Positions 17,654-25,277 of a DNA stretch of 32,000 bases are shown here, piece by piece. The DNA comes from Xanthomonas campestris pv. campestris str. ATCC 33913 (GTDB lineage: Bacteria > Pseudomonadota > Gammaproteobacteria > Xanthomonadales > Xanthomonadaceae). Where the stretch lies: positions 2,846,497 to 2,878,496 of the forward strand of contig NC_003902.1 in assembly GCF_000007145.1 (NCBI RefSeq), given 5' to 3'. The notes under the pieces are model-generated. The model searched no databases. It was not told the DNA's origin and saw only the letters and a program-made list of their open reading frames with translations. Every line of letters begins with the position of its first letter. Positions within the stretch are counted from its first letter, which is position 1. The position numbers and the translations under genes are program-made.

Positions 17654-19476
17654 CCGCGTGCATCCCGCGTGGCAATGGCCGCTTTCGATTGCACGATCCA
17701 CGCGCGCACGCGCTGTTGCAGCATCGCCAGCGGCATTGCGCCACCGCCCAGCACCGCATCATGGAAACCGCGGATGTCGAAATGCGTGCCCAGTTCTTTT
17801 TCGGCTTCGGCACGCAAGGCCAGGATCTGCAACTGACCCAGTTTGTACCCCAGCGCCTGGCCCGGCCAGACGATGTAGCGGTCGGTTTCGGACTGGATGC
17901 TCGGCTCGTCGTCGGACGGATGCGCGTGGAAGAAATCCACCATCTGCTGGCGGTTCCAGCGCTTGTAGTGCACGCCGGTATCGAGCACCAGGCGATTGGC
18001 GCGCAGCAACTCGCCGGAGAGCCGCCCGTAATCGTTGTACGGGTCCTTGAAGAAGCCGATGTCCTTACCCAACCGCTCGGCATACAGGGCCCAGCCTTCG
18101 ATGTAGGCGTTGTAGCCGGCCTGCTGGCGGAACGGCGGCAGCGGCAACGTCTGCGCAAGCGAAATTTGCAGGTGATGGCCCGGAACGCCCTCATGGTAGG
18201 CGGTGGTTTCGATATTGATCAGCGTGCGGCTGGCGTAGTCGCTGGTGTTGACCTTCACGATGGCCGGCTTGCTGCCTTCCGGATTGCTCTGCCAGTACTC
18301 CGCGCCCGGTGCGGTCCGCCGGAACGCCGGCATTGCCTGCACCTCCAGCGCAACCGTGGGCAGCTTGCCGAACAGCTTGGGCAACTCCGGCTGCATCGCG
18401 GCGATGTACTGCCGGTATTGCTGCAGGATCTGCTCGCCGGATTTGGCGAAGTGGCGTTTGTCGGCGTCGACCGCCTTGCGGAAGCTGGCCAGATCCGGAT
18501 AGCCCTGCGCCTTGGCGATGACGGCCATCTCGCCTTCGATGCGCGCCACCTCCTTCAAGCCGATCTGATGGATCTCCTCCGGCGCCATGTCGGTGGTGGT
18601 CTGGGTGTGGATGGCGTAGCGATAGCGGCGCTCGCCATCGGGCAGCGACCAGATGCCTTCCTGCGCGCGCCCCTGGGCGGCGTATTCGTCACGCACGAAT
18701 GCCGCCAGGTGGGTGTAGGCGGGCCGGACCTGCTGGTCGATTGCTGCAATCAGTTGTGTGCGCAAGGCAGCGCGCTGGTCGGCCGGCACCGCGCCGTCGA
18801 GCTTCTTCAATGGCGAGGCAAACGGGCTCTGCGCGCCCTGCATCGCGGCGATCTTGTCGATCTGCTCCGGCAGCCGCTCGAGCAGGTAGCGCGGCTGCAC
18901 CAATCCATCCTTCGCTCCCTGGCGCGACACCGCGATGACCTGGTCGATCACCGTGGGGATCGCCTTCAGCCGGGTGATGTAGTCCTGGTAGTCCTTGGCG
19001 TTCTCAAACGCAAACGCATCGCCGTACCCGGCCAGCGCCAGCTGGATACCGCCGATCGGCTCCAGCGGCATTTCATAGGTCTTGAGGTCGAGCCCTTCCA
19101 GCCGGTCGCGCAGTTGGCCGAGCATCATCTGCAGGCTGAGTTGGCGTTGCTCGTCCAACGCCTTGGCGTCGACTGCCTCGAACTTACGCAGTAATGCGGC
19201 GGTGGCAACGCGCTCGGCCTGCGCGGCCTCCAGCGAATAGTCGCTCCAGCGATCGTTGTAGCGCTTGTCGCCGATGATGCTGGCAAATTCCGGGCTGTGC
19301 TGCAGCTGGTATTGCCATTGCTGATCGAGCAACGCATCGAAGGCTTTGGCCGCCTGTTCGTTGGTGGGTGCAGGCGCTGCGGCGGCGGCGGTGCTTGCAC
19401 CGGGCGTTGCCGGTTTGCAGGCAGTGAACAGCGCAGCGGCAAGCAGGCTGACAACGACAGGACGCAATACATTCAT
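17650..19476 (-). CDS. DUF885-family lipoprotein (putative metallopeptidase-like), paralogue B
   Basis: MNVLRPVVVSLLAAALFTAC/KPATPG is a lipobox-like signal. DUF885-type motif TAYHEGVPGHHLQ. WPGQALGYKLGQLQILALR parallels paralogue A. GGAG lies 7 nt upstream of ATG 19476. Confidence 0.88.
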   Translation of the reverse strand: MNVLRPVVVSLLAAALFTACKPATPGASTAAAAAPAPTNEQAAKAFDALLDQQWQYQLQHSPEFASIIGDKRYNDRWSDYSLEAAQAERVATAALLRKFEAVDAKALDEQRQLSLQMMLGQLRDRLEGLDLKTYEMPLEPIGGIQLALAGYGDAFAFENAKDYQDYITRLKAIPTVIDQVIAVSRQGAKDGLVQPRYLLERLPEQIDKIAAMQGAQSPFASPLKKLDGAVPADQRAALRTQLIAAIDQQVRPAYTHLAAFVRDEYAAQGRAQEGIWSLPDGERRYRYAIHTQTTTDMAPEEIHQIGLKEVARIEGEMAVIAKAQGYPDLASFRKAVDADKRHFAKSGEQILQQYRQYIAAMQPELPKLFGKLPTVALEVQAMPAFRRTAPGAEYWQSNPEGSKPAIVKVNTSDYASRTLINIETTAYHEGVPGHHLQISLAQTLPLPPFRQQAGYNAYIEGWALYAERLGKDIGFFKDPYNDYGRLSGELLRANRLVLDTGVHYKRWNRQQMVDFFHAHPSDDEPSIQSETDRYIVWPGQALGYKLGQLQILALRAEAEKELGTHFDIRGFHDAVLGGGAMPLAMLQQRVRAWIVQSKAAIATRDARG

Positions 19477-19512
19477 GCATTCACTCCGAAAAAGACGCGG
19501 CCCATCGGCACC

Positions 19513-19580
19513 GTAGGAGCGCGCTTGCGCGCGATGACGCTTTCCCGGGAATGCCCCATCGCGCGCAAGCGCGCTCCTAC
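19513..19580. repeat. GTAG-type REP-like palindromic element (copy 1)
   Basis: Perfect 24-bp arms: gtaggagcgcgcttgcgcgcgatg (19513-19536) pairs with catcgcgcgcaagcgcgctcctac (19557-19580), around a 20-nt loop. GTAG-terminated palindromes of this kind are the common REP class in Xanthomonadaceae. Confidence 0.8.
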
Positions 19581-19722
19581 GACATCCAGGTCATTTTTGC
19601 GCGTGGCGGCCGCCCGATCAGTGCAGCTACGCAAAGTAGACAACGCAGCGGCAAGCAGGCTGACAACAACAGGGCGCAACACGTTCATGCATTCACTCCA
19701 AGAGACGCGACCCATCGGCACC

Positions 19723-19788
19723 GTAGGAGCGCTTGCGCGCGATGACGCTGTCCCGGGAATGCCGCATCGCGCGCAAGCGCGCTCCTAC
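19723..19788. repeat. GTAG-type REP-like palindromic element (copy 2)
   Basis: The left arm gtaggagcgcttgcgcgcgatg (19723-19744) lacks a GC dinucleotide relative to copy 1. The right arm catcgcgcgcaagcgcgctcctac (19765-19788) is identical to copy 1. The element lies 57 nt downstream of the prolidase stop. Confidence 0.8.
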
Positions 19789-19844
19789 GAGATCGACCGG
19801 ACCATGCCGGTCACCACACCAGCGCACTGCGCGCGTGTGCTGGC

Positions 19845-21044
19845 TCATGCAAACGGTTGATCGATCGCCACCGACGGCGGCGTGAACCACTGCGCGCCGG
19901 TGTCGGTGACATAGAAATGGTCTTCCAGGCGCACACCGAACGCACCCGGCACCACGATCATTGGTTCGTTGCTGGCGCACATGCCCGGCTGCAATGGCTG
20001 GCGATTGCCGCGCACCAGGTACGGCGCTTCGTGGATCGCCAGGCCGCAGCCATGGCCGGTGCGGTGCGGCAACCCGGGCAAGCGGTAATCCGGCCCCAAC
20101 CCGGCCGCCTGCAACACCGCGCGCGCCGCCTGGTCAACCGCCTCGCACGCCACGCCCGGGCGCACCGCGGCAAACGCGGCCGCCTGCGCGGCCAGCTCCA
20201 GTTCCCAGATGCGCTGCTGCGCGTCGCTCGGCGTGCCGTAGATCCAGGTGCGGGTAATGTCGGAGTGGTAGCCCTGCACGGTGCAGCCGGTATCGATCAA
20301 CACCAGCTCGCCGGCCCGCAGATGCTGCACGCCGGGAATGCCATGCGGAAATGCGGTGGCATGACCAAACTGCACGATGCAAAAAGTGGAGCCGTTATCG
20401 GCACCCAGCGCGCGGTGCGCTTCGTCGATGAAGCGCACCAGTTGGTCAGTGCCGATACCTTCGTGCGCAATGCCGGCGGCCAGCCGCTGCACCAGCAGCG
20501 TCATGTCGCAGGCCTGCTGCATCAACGCCAGCTCCGCCGGCGACTTGCACATGCGGCAGCCATCGATGATGGCGCCGGCATCGCGGATCGCGGTGCCCAG
20601 GTGCGCCCGCAAACCGGTGTGCACCGCAAAGGCGATGCCCGGGTCCAGCGCCAGGGCATGCGCATGCTGCTCATCCATGGCCTGCACCACCAGCGCATAC
20701 GGGTCTTCGTGCTCTTCCCACAGGCGCTTGCGCACCGGGAGTTGCAGCACCGCATCCAGCGAGCCTTCTTCAAAGGCCGGGCAGATCAGCACCGGGTCGC
20801 CCTCGGTGGTGAGCAACAGCGCCACCAGCCGCTCGCTGGCGCCCCACGGCACGCCGCTGAAATAGCGCAACGAGGTGCCTGCGCCGATCAGCAAGGCATC
20901 CACGCCCTGCGCGCGCATCAGCACGCGTGCGCGCTCGATACGCTGCTGGTATTCGTCCGCGCCGATCGGCGCTGCCCGCTGCGTCCACGGCGCCAGCTGC
21001 GTGCGGGCCTGGTCCAGCGACATCCCGCCGATCTGCGTGCTCAT
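19845..21044 (-). CDS. M24B Xaa-Pro dipeptidase / aminopeptidase P family protein (prolidase-like), cytoplasmic
   Basis: ORF 19845..21074(-). Start placed at ATG 21044, forming ATGA with the KGSADH stop. Pita-bread metal-ligand motifs: LIDTGCTVQGYHSDITRT, HRTGHGCGLAIHE, NEPMIVVPG, GVRLEDHFYVT. No signal peptide. Confidence 0.9.
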   Translation of the reverse strand: MSTQIGGMSLDQARTQLAPWTQRAAPIGADEYQQRIERARVLMRAQGVDALLIGAGTSLRYFSGVPWGASERLVALLLTTEGDPVLICPAFEEGSLDAVLQLPVRKRLWEEHEDPYALVVQAMDEQHAHALALDPGIAFAVHTGLRAHLGTAIRDAGAIIDGCRMCKSPAELALMQQACDMTLLVQRLAAGIAHEGIGTDQLVRFIDEAHRALGADNGSTFCIVQFGHATAFPHGIPGVQHLRAGELVLIDTGCTVQGYHSDITRTWIYGTPSDAQQRIWELELAAQAAAFAAVRPGVACEAVDQAARAVLQAAGLGPDYRLPGLPHRTGHGCGLAIHEAPYLVRGNRQPLQPGMCASNEPMIVVPGAFGVRLEDHFYVTDTGAQWFTPPSVAIDQPFA

Positions 21045-22636
21045 GCATGCGCCCCGAGGTCGGCGCTGCTCCACTGCCCATCCACCAGGCGTGCCACACC
21101 GCCCGGGTTGCGCTGGCGCAGCTCCATCGGCAGCAGCGCATCCGGCACGGCGTCATAGCTGTGCAAGGCGGCAAACCGGCGGATTGCGCCCGGCATGCCC
21201 ACGGCGGTGAAGCCCGGATGCCCGGTGCTGGGGAACGGCCCACCATGATTCTGCGCGGCACTCACCGCCACGCCGGTCGGCATCTTGCTGTTGATCAACC
21301 GGCCCACGCGTGCGCGCAGCACCGGTGCAATCTGTTGCCAGGCGGCATCGTCACTGCCATCGCTGGCGCGGTACAGCGTGCCGGTGAGGTTGCCTTCGAA
21401 TGCGGCGGCCACCTGCGCCATCTGGGCGCTGTCGCGCGTGCGCACCAGCAGGCTCACCGGGCCAAAAGCTTCGGTCTGCAGCGCGTGCGGCGCCGCGATG
21501 AAGGCGTCCGCTTCCACGCTGAGCAAGGTTGGCGCATAGCGGTAGCCGCCCTCGCCTGCCGCTGCCCCGGCCAGCACCTGGGCACCGGCCGCGCGCAAGG
21601 TCTCCACGCCGCGCTGCACGCCATCCACGCCTCCTTGCGAAAACAGCACCATCGGTGCGGCGCCGGCAAAGTGCGCGGTAGCCGCGGCCACCAGTGCATC
21701 GCCCGCCTCGCCGTGCGGCAGCACCAGCACGCCGGGATTGGTGCAGAACTGGCCGCTGCCCAGCGTGCACGAGGCGAAGAATTCCTGTGCCAGTGCGGCG
21801 CCGCGTTCGGCCACCGCGCCGGGCAGCAGGAACACCGGGTTGACGCTGGACAACTCGGCGTAGAACGGCACACCGGCGGCATCGGCGGCGGCCTTCAGCG
21901 CCAGGCCACCGGCACGGCTGCCGGTGAAACCAATCGCCCCCAGCCGTGCATCGCCGGCCAGTCGCAGGCCAAGCGCGTTGTCGAAGTGATACAGCAACTG
22001 CACCGCCGCGGCCGGCAGCCCGGCAGTCAACAGCGCCTGATGCGCCAGCTCGGCCATGCGCTGGCTGGTGGCCGGATGCAGCGGATGCGCCTTGGCGATC
22101 ACCGGATTGCGCGCCGCGATCGCCGAGGCGAAATCGCTGCCGGCAATCGCGTTGAACGCAAACGGAAAGTTATTCGGCCCGAACACCAGCACCGGCTTGC
22201 CCAGCGGCGCCAGATGCGAGCGCAGATCGGCGGCGGTATCGATGACGGGGTGCGTCCAGCTGTAGCTGCGCACCGCCTGGGCGGCCTGGCGTAGCTGCCC
22301 GCTGGTGCGCGGCAGTTCGTTGCCGCGCAAACGCGTGGGCGCCGGCATTGCGGTTTCGGCATGGGCCAGCGCCACCAGGGTCTCGGCATCGGCGTCCAGC
22401 GCATCCGCGTAGGCGTCCAGAAACGCAGCGATCCGTTCGGCAGGTGCGGCGGCAAGTTCGGCAGCCACCGCGTGCGCCGCCGCAATGGCGGTGTCGATAT
22501 CGTCGGCACCGCTGACCGGGAACTGCGGCCCGATCGCCTCGCCGGTGGTGGGGTCGGCAGCGCGAAAACTGCCGGCGGCATCGCGGCTGGCTTGCCATTG
22601 GCCGGCCAGCAGCACGGGTTGGAGAGTCTGGGTCAT
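21041..22636 (-). CDS. lhpG: Aldehyde dehydrogenase, 2-oxoglutarate (alpha-ketoglutarate) semialdehyde dehydrogenase type
   Basis: ORF 21041..22723(-). Start placed at ATG 22636 (MTQTLQPVLLAGQW...). ALDH motifs FTGSRAGG, catalytic Glu region YAELSSVNP, and catalytic Cys in GSGQFCTNPG. A length of 531 aa and the Hyp-operon context fit KGSADH. Confidence 0.88.
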   Translation of the reverse strand: MTQTLQPVLLAGQWQASRDAAGSFRAADPTTGEAIGPQFPVSGADDIDTAIAAAHAVAAELAAAPAERIAAFLDAYADALDADAETLVALAHAETAMPAPTRLRGNELPRTSGQLRQAAQAVRSYSWTHPVIDTAADLRSHLAPLGKPVLVFGPNNFPFAFNAIAGSDFASAIAARNPVIAKAHPLHPATSQRMAELAHQALLTAGLPAAAVQLLYHFDNALGLRLAGDARLGAIGFTGSRAGGLALKAAADAAGVPFYAELSSVNPVFLLPGAVAERGAALAQEFFASCTLGSGQFCTNPGVLVLPHGEAGDALVAAATAHFAGAAPMVLFSQGGVDGVQRGVETLRAAGAQVLAGAAAGEGGYRYAPTLLSVEADAFIAAPHALQTEAFGPVSLLVRTRDSAQMAQVAAAFEGNLTGTLYRASDGSDDAAWQQIAPVLRARVGRLINSKMPTGVAVSAAQNHGGPFPSTGHPGFTAVGMPGAIRRFAALHSYDAVPDALLPMELRQRNPGGVARLVDGQWSSADLGAHA

Positions 22637-22820
22637 CGCGGCACCTTCGGTTACGTGGAAGCGCCCGCACGCAGCACGGGCGATCGAACGGCGGATGAGG
22701 GTAACGCGCCTGCGACGTGCCACCCGTTTGAATCGTGGACCACTACCGGCACCGGCCCATACAACGCAGCACGCACCGCGGCTGCGCTAAACAAGGCCGC
22801 GCGACGGCGGTGGCGCGTGC

Positions 22821-23729
22821 TCAGTGCAGGCTGGGCGCGGTGGCGATGGCGTGGTCGATCACCTTCAGCGCTGCCTCGCGCTCGGCACCGTCCACCACCA
22901 GGCGTGGCGCACGGACACGCTCGCTGCCCAGGCCCACCTTTTCCTGCACCAGTTTGATCAGCTGCACGAACTTGGGCACGGTATCCAGGCGCAGCAGCGG
23001 CAGGAACCAGTCGTACAGTTCCTTGGCGGCGGGGTAACCGCCGTCGCGTGCCAGTTCGAACAGGCGTACCGACTCCTTCGGATATGCATTGACCAGCCCG
23101 GCGATCCACCCCTTGGCGCCCATGCTCAGGCCTTCGACGATGGCGTCGTCCATGCCGACCAGCAGCGCCAGACGATCGCCCAGCAATTCCTGCAGCGCGG
23201 CGAAGCGGCGCACATCGCCGGAAGATTCCTTTACTGCCTGCAGATTGGGGAATTCGGCCGCCAGCTCGGCGATCTGTGCCGGGCCGAAATCGGTCTTGTA
23301 GGCCACCGGGTTGTTGTAGAGGATCACCGGCAGATCGGTGGCCGCGATCACCGCACGCACATGCGCGCCCATCTCGCGCCAGTCGGTGGAATACACGTAC
23401 GGCGGCAACACCATCAGCCCGCCGCAGCCCAGTTCCTTTGCCGCCTTTGCCAATGCCACCGCCTCGCCCGTGGCCAGGCTGGCGATGCCCGGCACCACCG
23501 GCACGCGGCCCTGCAAGGCCGTTACCAACGTCTTGAGGATGGCGAGCTTGTCGTCCACGCTCAAGGTGGCGGCTTCGCCCAACGAACCCAGCGGCACGAT
23601 CGCGGTGCAGCCGGCGTCCACCAGCTGATTGGCATGCTTGGCCAGGAAGTCGTGGTCGATGTCGCCGTTGGCGGTGAACGGGGTAGTGATGGCCGGCAAC
23701 ACGCCGTGCCAGAACGCAGCAATGCTCAT
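22821..23729 (-). CDS. lhpC: DHDPS/NAL-family enzyme, delta1-pyrroline-4-hydroxy-2-carboxylate deaminase type
   Basis: ORF 22821..23972(-). Start placed at ATG 23729 (ATGA overlap with the upstream stop; AGGGA upstream). MSIAAFWHGVLPAITTPF, GSLGEAATLS, LPPYVY, and the Schiff-base Lys region LQAVKESSGD. 302 aa. Confidence 0.88.
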   Translation of the reverse strand: MSIAAFWHGVLPAITTPFTANGDIDHDFLAKHANQLVDAGCTAIVPLGSLGEAATLSVDDKLAILKTLVTALQGRVPVVPGIASLATGEAVALAKAAKELGCGGLMVLPPYVYSTDWREMGAHVRAVIAATDLPVILYNNPVAYKTDFGPAQIAELAAEFPNLQAVKESSGDVRRFAALQELLGDRLALLVGMDDAIVEGLSMGAKGWIAGLVNAYPKESVRLFELARDGGYPAAKELYDWFLPLLRLDTVPKFVQLIKLVQEKVGLGSERVRAPRLVVDGAEREAALKVIDHAIATAPSLH

Positions 23730-25039
23730 GGATGATTCCCTTGCGAGTCGGAAGTGAAGGAGTCGGCCAGCGCCGCGAGGCGGACCGGGAACAACGGCGG
23801 CCGGCGGCCGGCGTCGGTGGAAAGTGCGGGCAGGCAGCGGCCCAGTTCGGCCAGCGCGCTGCCGCAGATGCGGCCCTGGCAGGCGCCCATGCCGCAGCGC
23901 GAGGCCAACTTCGCATCGCGTGCATCGTTGAAGGGGTCCAGCGCGCCCAGCGGCACGTCTTCGCAGCGGCACACCAGCGTGTCCGGTTGGGCCAGGCGGC
24001 GAATGCGCGGATCAAGCGCGAAGTGCTGCTGCAACAGGGCGGCGAAGGCACGCGCCTTGAGCCGTTGCGGTTGCAGGTGTTGCGCTGCGTCCGGCACGTC
24101 GGCGGCCATGTGCCCGGCCATCGCACCTTCGATCAACGCGCACTCACGCCCGCCGATCCCGCAGGCTTCGCCAGCGGCAAACACCTGCGCCACGCTGGTG
24201 CGCAGTAGCGCATCCACCTGTACCTGCTGGTGCGCACCGCACGGCTCCAGCTGGCAGCCCAGCAACTGCGCCAGTTCGACATTCGGCACCAGCCCGTACC
24301 CCACTGCGAGCTGATCGCAGGCCATGCGGCTGCGCCCGGCAGGGCCGTCGATCTCGACTTCGCGCAGTTGGGTGTCGCCATGCGCCGCAACCACCACGCT
24401 GCCGCTGCGGTAAGCCACCGCATGCAACTGCAGACGCAGTGCCACCGCCTGCGCGGCCTTGCCCGGCCAGCGCCACAACTGCAGCGCGAAGCCGCGTAGT
24501 ACCGCCGCGCTGGCTTGTTCGTGAATGCCCAGCACCTGCGCGCCGTGCCGCTGCAAGGTGGCCGCGCTGGCCAGCAGCAACGGCCCGCTGCCGGCCACCA
24601 GCACACGCTTGCCGCGCACCGGCCAGCCTTGCTTGGTCAGCGCTTGCGCCGCACCGGCGCCGGTCACGCCGGGCAATGTCCAGCCGGGGAACGGCAGCAT
24701 CAGTTCCCGCGCGCCGGTGGCCAGCACCAGCGCGGCGTAATGCAATTGCACGCTGCCCTGCGCGCCGTCGGCCAACAGCCAGCCCGGTTGCGCCAGCACG
24801 ATCTGCAGCCCGGTGAGCAGCGTGATCGCCGCATCGCCGGCCACCTGCGCCAGCAGCGTGCGTGCATCGGCCGGCGCACCGTGCTGCACGTCGCTGCGCC
24901 ACACCTGCCCGCCGGCGCGCGGCTGCGCATCCACCACGCCCACCTGCACGCCGTGGCTGGCGGCCGCCCGTGCCGCCGCCAGCCCGGCCGGGCCGGCGCC
25001 GATCACCAACACATCGAAATGGCGCACACGCTCAGCCAT
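23726..25039 (-). CDS. FAD/NAD(P)-binding oxidoreductase with a C-terminal BFD-like [2Fe-2S] domain; large accessory subunit of a three-component D-hydroxyproline dehydrogenase (LhpE/F-type, HcnB/OoxA-like)
   Basis: ORF 23726..25255(-). Start placed at ATG 25039 (MAERVRHFDVLVIGAGPAGLAAAR, a Rossmann GxGxxG). A second dinucleotide fold occurs at KRVLVAGSGPLLL. C-terminal Cys cluster LVCRCEDV...ASRCGMGACQGRICG. Confidence 0.85.
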   Translation of the reverse strand: MAERVRHFDVLVIGAGPAGLAAARAAASHGVQVGVVDAQPRAGGQVWRSDVQHGAPADARTLLAQVAGDAAITLLTGLQIVLAQPGWLLADGAQGSVQLHYAALVLATGARELMLPFPGWTLPGVTGAGAAQALTKQGWPVRGKRVLVAGSGPLLLASAATLQRHGAQVLGIHEQASAAVLRGFALQLWRWPGKAAQAVALRLQLHAVAYRSGSVVVAAHGDTQLREVEIDGPAGRSRMACDQLAVGYGLVPNVELAQLLGCQLEPCGAHQQVQVDALLRTSVAQVFAAGEACGIGGRECALIEGAMAGHMAADVPDAAQHLQPQRLKARAFAALLQQHFALDPRIRRLAQPDTLVCRCEDVPLGALDPFNDARDAKLASRCGMGACQGRICGSALAELGRCLPALSTDAGRRPPLFPVRLAALADSFTSDSQGNHP

Positions 25040-25277
25040 CGGTACGCACCTGCATGCCATCCCGTGCATCCACCATGCACGCACGTTGCTGGCCGATGCC
25101 GTCGATGCGTACCCGGCACTCGAAGCACACGCCCATGCCGCACAGCGGTGCGCGCGGCTGCCCGCTCGCCGACTGGCGAAACTGCAGCGTTGCCTGCGCC
25201 ACGGCGGCCGCAACACTGACGCCCAGCGGCACCTCCACCGGCTGCGCATCCACATGTAGGCGCACCATGCCGCTCAT
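25032..25277 (-). CDS. Small (81 aa) [2Fe-2S]-binding subunit (HcnA/OoxB-N-terminal-like) of D-hydroxyproline dehydrogenase
   Basis: Lies within ORF 25032..25493(-). Start placed at ATG 25277, forming ATGA with the upstream stop. MSGMVRLHVDAQPVEVPLG...APLCGMGVCFECRVRIDG carries the Cys cluster. Its stop overlaps the next start by 8 nt. Confidence 0.75.
   Translation of the reverse strand: MSGMVRLHVDAQPVEVPLGVSVAAAVAQATLQFRQSASGQPRAPLCGMGVCFECRVRIDGIGQQRACMVDARDGMQVRTDG

Larger units (their letters stand above)
19426..19793 (-). repeat. Tandem duplication (about 210-nt period) of [REP hairpin + SD + first ~20 codons of the DUF885 lipoprotein gene]
   Basis: Copy 1 (19426-19585) aligns with copy 2 (19636-19793). 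Both contain ...gcagcggcaagcaggctgacaac..ttcatgcattcactcc...cccatcggcaccgtaggagcgc..ttgcgcgcgatgacgct.tcccgggaatgcc.catcgcgcgcaagcgcgctcctacga.atc. The copies differ by a few substitutions and two 2-nt indels. Confidence 0.85.

Noticed and set aside
19473-19721. 82-aa ORF in the track (MPMGRVSWSECMNVLRPVVV...) as an independent gene
   Set aside because: It is the duplicated signal-peptide stump read on through a REP hairpin (VGARLRAM...IARKRAPT is a translated REP). I flag it as a possible upstream/decoy ORF, not as a protein-coding gene.
19513-19788. Two near-identical 66-68-bp palindromes with a regular spacing, considered as a mini CRISPR array
   Set aside because: There are only two units. 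The repeats are long perfect palindromes of the GTAG REP type. The supposed spacer is itself part of a larger tandem duplication that includes coding sequence, and no cas genes are present.
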